Notes: generated from the sequence alone by a model not told the origin. 64,000 bases of DNA from an uncultured Mucilaginibacter sp. (GCF_903893715.1 NZ_CAITNG010000094.1:28560-92559); one strand, 5' to 3'; counted from the stretch's first letter, positions 1 through 10,099 are shown. Made by a program: numbers and translations.

Positions 1-2
1 CC

Positions 3-311
3 GATTGGTACCCTAAAAATTCGGGTGGCAAAGGTGTTGGCTTTTTCCAAATAGGTGGGGGCATAGCCGGGGACTTCCCAATATGCGTGGTGCCGATGCT
101 TTATCAGGATATGGAAATGCCGGAAATACCCTTTTGGAGTTATTTCTGTCAGATCTCCGATTCCACTACCTCTTACGGTTCCTATTCGGGCGCGGTACCT
201 AACGAGAAGATTACCTGGGGTAAATTAGATATCCATACGCCTAAGTTCATCGTTGAGTCCGACGCTACCATCGTGGTGCCGTTGATATTCGCATGGTTGC
301 TAAAACAATAA
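3..311 (+). CDS. Deoxyhypusine synthase-like protein, 3' part (5' end lies outside the window)
   Basis: Frame is open from position 3: DWYPKNSGGKGVGFFQIGGGIAGDFPICVVPMLYQD...QISDSTTSYGSYSGAVPNEKITWGK...VESDATIVVPL, the C-terminal DHS-family motifs including the WGK lysine. Confidence 0.88.
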   Translation, partial: DWYPKNSGGKGVGFFQIGGGIAGDFPICVVPMLYQDMEMPEIPFWSYFCQISDSTTSYGSYSGAVPNEKITWGKLDIHTPKFIVESDATIVVPLIFAWLLKQ

Positions 312-494
312 TCAACTTGCAAATTTGGCCGCATAAATTTTTGTGCCAGTTTGCACAAATATGACGAAAATCACAATCGCCGTTCAAAAAAAAGCCTGTT
401 AACAATAAAATAAAGGCATTTTTAATGATAGTTTAGAATGATTATAAATTATAGATTGCTGTCATTAAATTGTCAGCGGTTGTCTAATAAATTA

Positions 495-502
495 TACTTT
501 TG
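495..502 (+). promoter_or_regulatory. Bacteroidota sigma70-type -7 promoter element (TACTTTTG) upstream of actA
   Basis: Matches TAnnTTTG; TTG at 470-472 is a possible -33 element; 82 nt upstream of the actA ATG. Confidence 0.55.
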
Positions 503-584
503 TGGACTGTAATAGCGCGATTGTTGTCAATTTCGCAATTATTGATATCGGTTAACTAAACATTATTCAGCATACATATACTTT

Positions 585-1865
585 ATGAGAAATATCTCAT
601 TCATTTTAAAACAATTTTCCAGGTCTGTACTACTTGCTATAGGGTTTGCATTGCTTGGTTCTGCAGTTTATGCACAAACTGATGCCGCGAAAGGCGAAGC
701 GCTGTTTAAAGCCAATTGTACAGCTTGCCATAAGGTAGATCAGAAATTGGTGGGGCCTGCATTAGGACCTGTGGTTACTGCCGAAACTGACGACAAGTGG
801 TTGTACAAATGGGTGCAAAACAATCAGGCATTGATGGCAACTAAAGATGCCAAAGCGATGAAGGTGTTTAACGACAATGGCCAACAAGCCATGACGGTTT
901 TTGCCAGCTTGAGCGATGCCGACGTAGGTAATATTTTAACTTATGTACGCGCCGAATGGAAGAAAGACCAAACGCCCGTTGCATCAGTTGCTGGTGGAAC
1001 TGCTGCTGAATCGGGCCCAAGCAATCTGGTAATTTTTGGTTTGATAGCCGTTATCATCATCGCGTTTCTGGTTATCCTGATATTGAATAAGGTGATAGGC
1101 ACTTTAGAGCGCCTGTTATTGAACCGGAAAGATATTCCGGCTGAAGAAGTTGAGCCATCAGAAGATAAATCGGCAGCCCGCAAAGCCGAATTTAAAAAGC
1201 TGCTTAAAAACAAGCGTTTGGTAGGTTTCTTTGTGGTTTGTGCCGTTTTATGCGGCGGTACATGGCAATGGGTTACCTTGTGGAACACCAATGTTCACCA
1301 AGGCTATCAGCCGGTGCAACCTATCAAGTTCCCGCATGATTTGCATGCCGGTGTAATGAAGATACAATGCCAATATTGCCACGCGGGTGCATACAAGTCT
1401 AAAAATGCTACCATCCCTTCGTTAAACGTTTGTATGAACTGCCACAAAGCGGTCGACAGGCGTTTGGGCGCGAAAGAGCCATCGACTGAAATCGCTAAGA
1501 TTTACACCGCATTGGGTTACGATCCGCAAACTTCAAAATACGACAGCACCAAGGCAACACCTATACAATGGGTACGCGTTCACAACCTGCCCGATCTGGC
1601 TTTTTTCCCGCACTCGCAACACGTAAAGGTTGCCGGCATAAAATGCCAAACCTGCCACGGTCCGGTTGAAACCATGAGCGAAGTTTATCAATACTCTCCG
1701 CTTACCATGAAATGGTGTATCCAGTGCCACAAACGCACCGAGGTTAACTACAAAGGCAACGCTTATTACGACAATATGATTGTTGTACACGATAAGATAA
1801 AACGCGGCGAAAAAGTTACTGCGGCATCATTGGGCGGTATCGAGTGCGGTAAGTGCCACTATTAA
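585..1865 (+). CDS. actA: Alternative complex III multiheme cytochrome c subunit A (hexaheme: N-terminal monoheme domain plus pentaheme domain)
   Basis: Six CxxCH motifs (CTACH, CQYCH, CMNCH, CQTCH, CIQCH, CGKCH), signal peptide, internal TM helices; first gene of the act cluster. Confidence 0.93.
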   Translation: MRNISFILKQFSRSVLLAIGFALLGSAVYAQTDAAKGEALFKANCTACHKVDQKLVGPALGPVVTAETDDKWLYKWVQNNQALMATKDAKAMKVFNDNGQQAMTVFASLSDADVGNILTYVRAEWKKDQTPVASVAGGTAAESGPSNLVIFGLIAVIIIAFLVILILNKVIGTLERLLLNRKDIPAEEVEPSEDKSAARKAEFKKLLKNKRLVGFFVVCAVLCGGTWQWVTLWNTNVHQGYQPVQPIKFPHDLHAGVMKIQCQYCHAGAYKSKNATIPSLNVCMNCHKAVDRRLGAKEPSTEIAKIYTALGYDPQTSKYDSTKATPIQWVRVHNLPDLAFFPHSQHVKVAGIKCQTCHGPVETMSEVYQYSPLTMKWCIQCHKRTEVNYKGNAYYDNMIVVHDKIKRGEKVTAASLGGIECGKCHY

Positions 1866-1905
1866 TAATAAGAATTTAAAACACGATCACAGTTAGATAG
1901 CTTAA

Positions 1906-4900
1906 ATGGAAAGCAACAAAAAATACTGGAAAGGTTTAGAAGAGCTGAACAATAGCCCCGAATTTGTTGAATTAAACAAAAACGAATTTGCTGAGCCTAT
2001 ACCTATCGAAGAAATATTGAGCGGAACAGGTTTAATGACCAAAACACCGCGCCGTAATTTCTTAAAGGCATTAGGTTTTGGCGTGGGTGCCGTATCGCTG
2101 GCAGCATGCGAAAAAGTGCCGGTGCATAAATCTATCCCATACTTAATAAAACCTGAAGAAATTACCCCGGGCATAGCCAACTACTATACCTCGAGTTTTG
2201 ACGGGCACGCCATTTTGGTGAAAACCCGCGAAGGTCGTCCTATTAAAGTAGAAGGTAACCCGACAGACATTTTAGCGGGTGGTGGTTTGACCGCGCAGGC
2301 GCAGGCATCCGTTTTGGAATTGTATGATGTTAACCGTCTACAAAACCCTGTAAAGGACGGTGAACAAACTTCTTGGGATGCCGTCGATTACTTTGTTAAA
2401 TCGCAATTGGCAACCATAAAGGCAGCCGGCAAACAAATACGTATCGTATCTTCAACCGTTAACAGCCCTTCAACTTTGGCTGTTATTGCCGATTTTATAA
2501 AGGCTTATCCTACAGCTAAACATTTTAACTACGATGCCGTATCGTATACCGGTATCATACAGGCCAACCAAAACAGTTTTGGTAAAGCAGTATTGCCGCA
2601 CTACCGTTTTGATAAAGCCGATGTAATTGTAAGTTTTGGTGCCGACTTTTTAGGCTCATGGATATCGCAAGCCGAGTTTATGAAACAATATGTTTCAAAC
2701 CGTAACTCAAAATCGCTGGCAGGCAAAAAAATGTCGCGACATATACAGTTTGAAACAGGTATGAGCGTAACAGGCTCAAACGCTGACGTACGTATTCCTA
2801 TCAAACCATCCGAAGAAGGTATCGCGCTTATCGCTTTATATAATGCCATATCGGGCACAACCTTACCGGGCACCCAAAAACTGAATAACGACGTAGCTGA
2901 GAAATCGATTATGATTGCAGCTAAAGAGTTACAGGCAGCAAAAGGAAAAGCCCTGGTGGTTGCCGGTTCAAACGATGTTGCTACACAAGTATTAGTTAAT
3001 GCTATCAACTCGCTTTTAGGCAGCTATGGCACTACTATCGATCTGGATAACACTTCGAACCAATTTGCAGGTAACGACCATGAAATGGCCGACCTGGTTA
3101 CCGAAATGAAGAGCGGCGCTGTTGATGCCATCTTCTTCTTAAACGCTAACCCGGCTTATGATTATTATTTAGCTAAAGATTTTAAAGATGCTTTGGCAAA
3201 AGTAAAATTGAAAGTTTCCTTCTCCGACCACGGTAACAACGGCGAAGGTGTGAGCACATTAGGAGATGAAACATCTTCATTGTGTAACGTTATCGCTCCA
3301 AACCATCACTACCTCGAATCGTGGGGTGATGAAAACGTACTGGAAGGTTACTATACCATTGTACAACCCGCCATTAACCCGGTTTATAATACCCGCCAGG
3401 CCGAGCAAAGCTTATTGATTTGGAGCGATGCACCGGTTAAAGATTACTATACCTACGTGCGCAATGTATGGGATAAGGAATTATTGGCAAAAGGTGGTTT
3501 ATCAGGCCAAAAGGGTTGGGAAACTTTGTTACAAACCGGTTCTGTTAAAGCCGCAGAGAAAACAGCATCAAGCTATACCTTTAGCAAAGACCTGACTGCC
3601 GTAGTTCAAAAAGTATTAGACCATAGCAAAGAAGTTACCGCCGATGGCGATAAAGTGGAGTTGCAGGTTTACCAAAGCTCGGTAATGCGCGATGGTAAAA
3701 AAGCAAATAACCCCTGGTTGCAGGAACTGCCTGACCCGGTATCGAAAGTTACCTGGGAAAACTACGCAGCCATCGCACCAAAATTTGGCGAGAAATTAGG
3801 TTATAAAGAAGGTGATGTATTAAAGGTTACTGTTAATGGTTACTCGGTTACATTGCCTATATTGTTCCAGCCGGGACAGGCTCAAGGTACTGTTTCGGTA
3901 GCTGTGGGTTATGGCCGCACATTGGCTGGTCCGGTAGGTAACGGCGCGGGTCAAAACGCATTCCCTTTCTATTCGTACCGTAACGGCACTATGCAAACTG
4001 CCGCTGTTGCTTCGATAGAAAAAACAGGCGACGTTTATACGCTCGCTCAAACACAAACGCACCACTCATACGAAGGCCGTACTGTTATACAGGAAACTAC
4101 TTTCGATAAATATGTGAAAGACGCTTCATCGGGCAACCGAAGCGAACGCGAGCATAAAACTTATACCTTATGGGATGAGTACGAACGCCCGCAATACAAC
4201 TGGGTAATGGCTATCGACCTGAACGCCTGTACCGGTTGCGGTGCCTGCGTGGTTGCTTGTAACGCCGAAAACAACGTGCCTGTTGTAGGTAAAGACGAAG
4301 TTCGTCGCCGCCGCGAAATGCACTGGATACGTATTGACCGTTACTACAGCTTTAACGAGAACGTAACTAAGGAAAAGGAAATCGATAAATTAGATAACCT
4401 TGACCATGTATCGGTTGTTTACCAACCCATGCTGTGCCAACATTGCGACCATGCACCTTGCGAAACTGTTTGCCCGGTATTGGCAACCGTTCACTCGAGC
4501 GAAGGTATCAACCACATGGCCTATAACCGTTGCGTAGGTACACGTTACTGCGCTAACAACTGCCCGTACAAAGTGCGCCGTTTTAACTGGTTCAACTACT
4601 GGAACGACAGTCGCTTTGACAACTACCTGAACAACGAGCATACACAATTGGTATTAAACCCGGATGTGGTAACACGTTTCCGTGGGGTAATGGAAAAATG
4701 CTCTATGTGTATCCAACGTATACAAGCCGGCAAATTGAAAGCTAAAATTGAAAAACGCCCCGTTAAGGATGGCGACATCAAAATGGCTTGCCAGCAAACC
4801 TGCCCAACAAACGCTATCGTGTTTGGTAACCTGAACGATGAAACATCGGAAGTTGCCCGTGCATTGAAGAGCGAAAGGACTTATTACGTATTGGAAGAAC

Positions 4901-4965
4901 TAAACGTACAGCCGGGTATTGGTTACCAGGTTAAGGTAAGGAATACCAAAGAAACTGAAGCTTAA
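1906..4965 (+). CDS. actB: Alternative complex III subunit B (molybdopterin-oxidoreductase-like domain fused to an Fe-S ferredoxin domain; TAT-variant signal)
   Basis: N-terminal KKYWKGLEEL; delayed twin-Arg PRRNFLK followed by LAAC; C-terminal Fe-S motifs CTGCGACVVAC, CQHCDHAPCETVC, CVGTRYCANNCP, CSMC...CQQTCP. Confidence 0.93.
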   Translation: MESNKKYWKGLEELNNSPEFVELNKNEFAEPIPIEEILSGTGLMTKTPRRNFLKALGFGVGAVSLAACEKVPVHKSIPYLIKPEEITPGIANYYTSSFDGHAILVKTREGRPIKVEGNPTDILAGGGLTAQAQASVLELYDVNRLQNPVKDGEQTSWDAVDYFVKSQLATIKAAGKQIRIVSSTVNSPSTLAVIADFIKAYPTAKHFNYDAVSYTGIIQANQNSFGKAVLPHYRFDKADVIVSFGADFLGSWISQAEFMKQYVSNRNSKSLAGKKMSRHIQFETGMSVTGSNADVRIPIKPSEEGIALIALYNAISGTTLPGTQKLNNDVAEKSIMIAAKELQAAKGKALVVAGSNDVATQVLVNAINSLLGSYGTTIDLDNTSNQFAGNDHEMADLVTEMKSGAVDAIFFLNANPAYDYYLAKDFKDALAKVKLKVSFSDHGNNGEGVSTLGDETSSLCNVIAPNHHYLESWGDENVLEGYYTIVQPAINPVYNTRQAEQSLLIWSDAPVKDYYTYVRNVWDKELLAKGGLSGQKGWETLLQTGSVKAAEKTASSYTFSKDLTAVVQKVLDHSKEVTADGDKVELQVYQSSVMRDGKKANNPWLQELPDPVSKVTWENYAAIAPKFGEKLGYKEGDVLKVTVNGYSVTLPILFQPGQAQGTVSVAVGYGRTLAGPVGNGAGQNAFPFYSYRNGTMQTAAVASIEKTGDVYTLAQTQTHHSYEGRTVIQETTFDKYVKDASSGNRSEREHKTYTLWDEYERPQYNWVMAIDLNACTGCGACVVACNAENNVPVVGKDEVRRRREMHWIRIDRYYSFNENVTKEKEIDKLDNLDHVSVVYQPMLCQHCDHAPCETVCPVLATVHSSEGINHMAYNRCVGTRYCANNCPYKVRRFNWFNYWNDSRFDNYLNNEHTQLVLNPDVVTRFRGVMEKCSMCIQRIQAGKLKAKIEKRPVKDGDIKMACQQTCPTNAIVFGNLNDETSEVARALKSERTYYVLEELNVQPGIGYQVKVRNTKETEA

Positions 4966-4996
4966 TTTATACATCAATACAAAGAGATAAATATAT

Positions 4997-6469
4997 ATGG
5001 CATCTCATAGCGAATCGATAATCAGGGAACCGTTAATTACCGGCACAGATATAACCTATGCCAAGATAACTGACGATGTATTGGCCCCGGTTGAAAATAC
5101 ACCTACCAAAGCCTGGTGGATTGGCTTTATCATCTCATCAATAGCAGCATCGCTGTGGGTGTTTGCTGTAAGCTGGACATTTTGGTTCGGTATCGGCGAA
5201 TGGGGTTTGAACAAAACAGTAGGCTGGGCCTGGGATATCACCGGTTTCGTGTGGTGGGTAGGTATCGGCCACGCCGGAACCTTGATTTCGGCCGTGTTAT
5301 TGCTCTTCCGTCAAAACTGGCGTAACTCCATTAACCGCTCGGCCGAGGCGATGACCATCTTCGCGGTTATTTGCGCGGCTACTTATATCGTAGCGCACAT
5401 GGGCCGCCCGTGGATGGCTGTTTATTCGTTACCATTGCCCAACCAATATGGTTCGCTTTGGGTAAACTTTAACTCACCATTGATTTGGGACGTATTCGCT
5501 ATCTCGACATACTTCTCTGTATCATTAGTATTCTGGTACACCGGTTTATTGCCAGATATCGCTACCATCCGCGACCGTGCAAAAGGCTGGCGCCAAAAAA
5601 TTTATTCTACCTTGTCTTTCGGTTGGACAGGTTCGGTAAAAACATGGCAACGTTTCGAAACCGTGTCGTTGATTTTGGCCGGTATATCAACACCGCTTGT
5701 ACTTTCTGTTCACACTATTGTATCGATGGACTTTGCCACATCGTTGGAGCCGGGCTGGCATACCACTATTTTCCCGCCATACTTCGTTGCGGGTGCTATC
5801 TTTTCGGGTTTTGCCATGGTGCAAACGCTGTTATTGGTAACACGTAAAGTATTAGGATTAGAAAACTATATCACCATGTTCCACATCGAGTCGATGAACA
5901 AGATCATCATCCTGACCGGTTCGATAGTAGGTGTGGCTTATTTAACAGAGTTCTTCATCGCCTGGTATTCGGGTGTGGAATATGAGCAATACGCGTTCAT
6001 CAACCGTGCTACGGGTCCGTACTGGTGGGCATACTGGAGTATGATGAGCTGTAACGTGATATCGCCGCAGTTGTTCTGGGTAAAAAAATGGCGTACCAGC
6101 ATTCCGTTCTCGTGGGTATTATCTATCGTGGTAAACATTGGTATGTGGTTCGAGCGTTTCGTAATTATCGTAACCTCGCTGCACCGCGATTATATCCCAT
6201 CGAGCTGGGCAATGTTCCATCCAACATGGGTTGAGGTAAGTATTTTCATCGGTTCTATCGGTGTGTTCTTTACCTTGTTCCTGTTGTTTATCCGTGTGCT
6301 GCCCTCTGTAGCTATGGCTGAAGTTAAATTGCTGCTCAAATCATCGAGCGAGCAAGCCAAAAAGAAAATCCTGACCGATGGGCACCAGGACGCTGAACAG
6401 GTTCAATTTTACAAAGAATCGTTAGAGAAGTTTGATAGTGTGGAAATGGCAGATTACCAAAAAGTATAA
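4997..6469 (+). CDS. actC: Alternative complex III subunit C (NrfD/PsrC-family quinol-binding membrane subunit)
   Basis: Polytopic membrane protein with WWVGIGHAGTLISA, HMGRPW, PLVLSVH and WFERF motifs; position after actB. Confidence 0.93.
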   Translation: MASHSESIIREPLITGTDITYAKITDDVLAPVENTPTKAWWIGFIISSIAASLWVFAVSWTFWFGIGEWGLNKTVGWAWDITGFVWWVGIGHAGTLISAVLLLFRQNWRNSINRSAEAMTIFAVICAATYIVAHMGRPWMAVYSLPLPNQYGSLWVNFNSPLIWDVFAISTYFSVSLVFWYTGLLPDIATIRDRAKGWRQKIYSTLSFGWTGSVKTWQRFETVSLILAGISTPLVLSVHTIVSMDFATSLEPGWHTTIFPPYFVAGAIFSGFAMVQTLLLVTRKVLGLENYITMFHIESMNKIIILTGSIVGVAYLTEFFIAWYSGVEYEQYAFINRATGPYWWAYWSMMSCNVISPQLFWVKKWRTSIPFSWVLSIVVNIGMWFERFVIIVTSLHRDYIPSSWAMFHPTWVEVSIFIGSIGVFFTLFLLFIRVLPSVAMAEVKLLLKSSSEQAKKKILTDGHQDAEQVQFYKESLEKFDSVEMADYQKV

Positions 6470-6471
6470 GC

Positions 6472-7008
6472 ATGAGTAGTACAAAATTTATATTAGGCCT
6501 TTTTGATGATCCCGACGAAATGATGAACGGGATCCATAAATTACAGGAAAACAGCGTCCCTATTTACGATGTTTATACGCCAATGCCTATCCACGGTATC
6601 GACGCTAAATTGGGTATCAAAGACTCGCGTTTAGGTTATGCGGCATTTATGTTTGGCTGTACCGGCGGTACGGTAGCTTTCAGTATGTTGTATTACATGC
6701 TGGTGCACGATTGGCCTCAAAACATCGGCGGTAAGCCACACTTCGCTATTCCGGATTTTGTTCCAATCACTTTCGAGTGGACCGTATTGTTTACCGCCTT
6801 TGGTATGGTGGCCACGTTTTTTTACGCAACGCACCTGTTCCCGGGCCGCACGCCGAGGGTAATGGACCTAAGGGCAACCAACGACAGGTTTGTGATTGCG
6901 ATAGATGCTAAAGGAAACATCCCCCACGAGGATATTACGAATATATTAAAAGAAGCAGGTGCTGTAGAAGTTAAGCACAACGACAGAAAATATGTTAGCT
7001 ATGAATAA
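6472..7008 (+). CDS. actD: Alternative complex III subunit D (DUF3341)
   Basis: DVYTPMPIHG, NIGGKP and PITFE motifs; two TM helices; synteny. Confidence 0.9.
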   Translation: MSSTKFILGLFDDPDEMMNGIHKLQENSVPIYDVYTPMPIHGIDAKLGIKDSRLGYAAFMFGCTGGTVAFSMLYYMLVHDWPQNIGGKPHFAIPDFVPITFEWTVLFTAFGMVATFFYATHLFPGRTPRVMDLRATNDRFVIAIDAKGNIPHEDITNILKEAGAVEVKHNDRKYVSYE

Positions 7009-7576
7009 AATTAAAATATTGGGTGCAGCGGTCATTACTGTTACCGTTTCGTTGTTTGTTACCTCGTGTAAAGATAAACGGAGCACGGGATGGGAATATG
7101 CCCCTAATATGTATGAACACATTGCATACGACCCTGACCAAAAAAATCCAAACTTTAAGGATGGTAAAACCGCGCAATTGCCGCCGGCTGGTACAACCCC
7201 AGTTGGTTTTGTAAGGTTTGATTACCCGAATACCAAAGATGGGTACGAGTTGGCCGGCACCGAGGTTAAAAGCCCATTGCCGCAAACCGCGCAAAATTTT
7301 GCCGATGGTAAAGAGTTGTTCATTACATTTTGTTCACCTTGCCACGGCGAGAACGGACAAGGCGATGGTATAGTAACACAACATGGCTTTCCGCCGCCGC
7401 CATCGTATTCAAAAGGTATGTCATCGCGTGGTGGTGCTATGAAAGACCTTACCGATGGGAAAATTTACCATACAGTTACTTATGGTGTTAATGCAATGGG
7501 GTCGTACGCTTCGCAGCTAAACCCCGACGAGCGTTGGAAAGTGATCATGTATGTTCATCATTTACAAACTTTATAA
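7001..7576 (+). CDS. actE: Alternative complex III subunit E, monoheme cytochrome c lipoprotein
   Basis: Lipobox VTSC, EYAPNMY, single CSPCH, GVNAMGSYA. ATG 7001 is preferred over 6992. Confidence 0.9.
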   Translation: MNKIKILGAAVITVTVSLFVTSCKDKRSTGWEYAPNMYEHIAYDPDQKNPNFKDGKTAQLPPAGTTPVGFVRFDYPNTKDGYELAGTEVKSPLPQTAQNFADGKELFITFCSPCHGENGQGDGIVTQHGFPPPPSYSKGMSSRGGAMKDLTDGKIYHTVTYGVNAMGSYASQLNPDERWKVIMYVHHLQTL

Positions 7577-7590
7577 GATTATTTATATTA

Positions 7591-8853
7591 ATGGGAACTC
7601 ATCATAGTAGTTTTGACGAAAAGTTCGAATTTGGAGGCAGGGCCAAAAACTTGAGCTTAATAGGTATTGCCATAGGCATTGTTGCCATAGCTTATGGTTT
7701 TTTCATGGGACATACCGAACGTACGTTTTCCAACCTGTTATTAATGGGTTATTACTTTGCCTGCGTTTGTATGGCCGGCGTGTTCTTTTGCGCTGTACAG
7801 TATGTTGCGCAGGCCGGTTGGTCGGCATCGTTGTTGCGTGTTCCGCAGGCATTTGCCAAGGTATTGCCTATAGCGGCTTTGGTATTGATATTGATAGCCG
7901 CCGCAGGTTTATATTTTACCCATCCTTTTGTTAACGAAGAAGGCAAAACGGTTATCGTGCCATACCTATATAAAATATGGGCTGCAAAAGGGGTAACAGA
8001 TCCGCACAGCGAGGTTTACGATAAAATTATTGCCGGTAAATCATCGTTCTTAAATATCCCTTTCTTTTTTGGTCGTTTAATAGTATTTCTGGGCGTATAT
8101 AGCATTTTTGGTTGGTTGCTGGTAAAATACTCGAACAACGAAGACACGTTGGGCGGTATGTTTAACTACAACAAGAGCTTTAAAATGGCTTGTATATTTT
8201 TGGTGATATTTGGTTTTACCACCCCGATTTTCGCTTTTGATACCATTATGTCGTTAGAAGCGCGTTGGTTCTCTACCATGTTTGGCTGGTATAACTTTGC
8301 GGCCATGTGGGTGAGCGGTTTGTGCGCCATAACCTTGGTGCTCATCTTGTTAAAACAAAAGGGCTACTTTAGCTGGGTAAGCGAAGACCATATCCACAAC
8401 TTAGGCCAATTGATATTCGGTTTCTCTATCTTCTGGACGTACGTATGGTTCGCGCAGTTCCTGTTGATTTACTACGCCAACTTACCCGAAGAAGCTGTTT
8501 ATTTTTACAAACGCTGGGAGCCTGAGTTTAAACCATGGTTCTGGTTAAATATTATCATCAACTTCCTGGCCCCGATATTATTGTTGATGGCAAGGGATTA
8601 CAAACGCATGATACCGCGTGTAAAATATGTTTGTATATTGCTGTTGTGCGGTCACTGGTTAGATTATTATATGATGATTATGCCGGGTACAGTAGGTGCC
8701 CAGGGCCGTAGCTTTGGTGTAGAAGAAATCGGAATCGCATTGGGCTTCGCTGGTTTGTTCACCTTCCTGATGTTGAACGCGCTGAGCAAGTTCCAATCAA
8801 CTATACCCAAAAAGCACCCTTTTTTACAAGAGAGTCTTCATCACCACATTTAA
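7591..8853 (+). CDS. actF: Alternative complex III subunit F (ActC paralogue, membrane)
   Basis: Polytopic; DTIMSLEARWFSTMFG, WTYVWFAQFLLIYYANLPEE and GHWLD motifs. ATG 7591 avoids overlap with actE. Confidence 0.88.
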   Translation: MGTHHSSFDEKFEFGGRAKNLSLIGIAIGIVAIAYGFFMGHTERTFSNLLLMGYYFACVCMAGVFFCAVQYVAQAGWSASLLRVPQAFAKVLPIAALVLILIAAAGLYFTHPFVNEEGKTVIVPYLYKIWAAKGVTDPHSEVYDKIIAGKSSFLNIPFFFGRLIVFLGVYSIFGWLLVKYSNNEDTLGGMFNYNKSFKMACIFLVIFGFTTPIFAFDTIMSLEARWFSTMFGWYNFAAMWVSGLCAITLVLILLKQKGYFSWVSEDHIHNLGQLIFGFSIFWTYVWFAQFLLIYYANLPEEAVYFYKRWEPEFKPWFWLNIIINFLAPILLLMARDYKRMIPRVKYVCILLLCGHWLDYYMMIMPGTVGAQGRSFGVEEIGIALGFAGLFTFLMLNALSKFQSTIPKKHPFLQESLHHHI

Positions 8854-8893
8854 TTAAAGGTTATACATATCAGGATACCAAAAAAACGATAGA

Positions 8894-10081
8894 ATGGCAT
8901 TCAAAAATATATTCAGGTTTAAAACATTATCAGCTGCAGCTGCAATGCTTTTGTTTGGTACAGCTACCGCGATGGCACAAACTGCGCCTGCCGCTCCCGC
9001 CGCAGCAGATGGCGACAGTGCCATGTGGATTGGTGTAGGTTACTATGTGCTGCTTTTTGTACTGGTAGCCATTATTGTTGGCATTGTAGGTAAAATACTG
9101 CGTGTTTACGATTTAACATCACAAATACAAGGTAAAAAGCCGATCAACTGGAACAATATAATGGGCATCCTGTTCATAGTGTTCCTGATAGCAGGGCTTT
9201 ATGGTGCATATTGGGAGTTTACCGTACAAGGCACCATGACATTGCCCGAAGCAGCATCTAAACACGGTGTTGATATCGATAACATGTTTATGGTAACCTT
9301 TGGTATTACGGTAATCGTTTTTGTACTTACCCAGATATGTCTGTTCGGTTTTGCTTTCATTTACCGCGGGTCGGATAAACGTAAAGCCTACTTTTACCCC
9401 CATAACAACACCATCGAAAAAATATGGACCGTTATACCGGCCATCGTTTTGACCGTGTTGGTGATTACCGGCTTTTTTACCTGGAAAACCATTACCAACA
9501 GCAATGATGTAAAAGGTGATATGCCCGCCATGAACATTGATATTACCGGCCATCAGTTTGCATGGGAAATACGTTATCCCGGCAAGGATGGCAAATTGGG
9601 TGCAAAGGATTACAAACTTACTACAGCCACGAACAAAATTGGTGTTGATTTTAAAGATCAGGCCAGCTTTGACGATTTGGTTGCCGATACCATTGTATTG
9701 CCCGTTAACAGGCCGGTAAGGTTAAACATTATTGCGCAGGATGTGATACATAGCGTGTACATGCCGCACTTCCGCGTGCAGATCAACGCGGTACCGGGCT
9801 TGCCTACCTACTTTAAATTTACACCAACCATTACCACAATGGATATGCGCAGCAGGTTAGATGACGGTAAATTTGAGTACCTTTTATATTGCAACAAAAT
9901 TTGCGGAGGCGCCCACTATAACATGCAAAAAATTGTGCGTGTGGTTACCGAGTCGGAATACGAAGCGTGGCTTGCCCATCAAAAACCTTATTTGAACGAT
10001 GCTTTGAAAAAGGAACTAAAGATGGTGGATGCAAACCAACCACAAGCACCGGCCCAAAACAGATTAGCATTAAATAATTAA
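8894..10081 (+). CDS. ctaC: Cytochrome c oxidase subunit II (no fused cytochrome c, i.e. aa3-type)
   Basis: WTVIP helix, GHQFAW, DVIHS and CuA motif CNKICGGAHYNM; no CxxCH. Confidence 0.93.
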   Translation: MAFKNIFRFKTLSAAAAMLLFGTATAMAQTAPAAPAAADGDSAMWIGVGYYVLLFVLVAIIVGIVGKILRVYDLTSQIQGKKPINWNNIMGILFIVFLIAGLYGAYWEFTVQGTMTLPEAASKHGVDIDNMFMVTFGITVIVFVLTQICLFGFAFIYRGSDKRKAYFYPHNNTIEKIWTVIPAIVLTVLVITGFFTWKTITNSNDVKGDMPAMNIDITGHQFAWEIRYPGKDGKLGAKDYKLTTATNKIGVDFKDQASFDDLVADTIVLPVNRPVRLNIIAQDVIHSVYMPHFRVQINAVPGLPTYFKFTPTITTMDMRSRLDDGKFEYLLYCNKICGGAHYNMQKIVRVVTESEYEAWLAHQKPYLNDALKKELKMVDANQPQAPAQNRLALNN

Positions 10082-10099
10082 TATACTAAGATAGCGATT

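Noticed and set aside
318-355. Imperfect hairpin after the DHS-like gene
   Set aside because: Plausible terminator, but bulged, AT-rich and without a clear U-tract.
2047-2110. Twin-arginine motif about 50 residues into ActB
   Set aside because: The delayed TAT-variant signal followed by a lipidated Cys is a known feature of ActB proteins.
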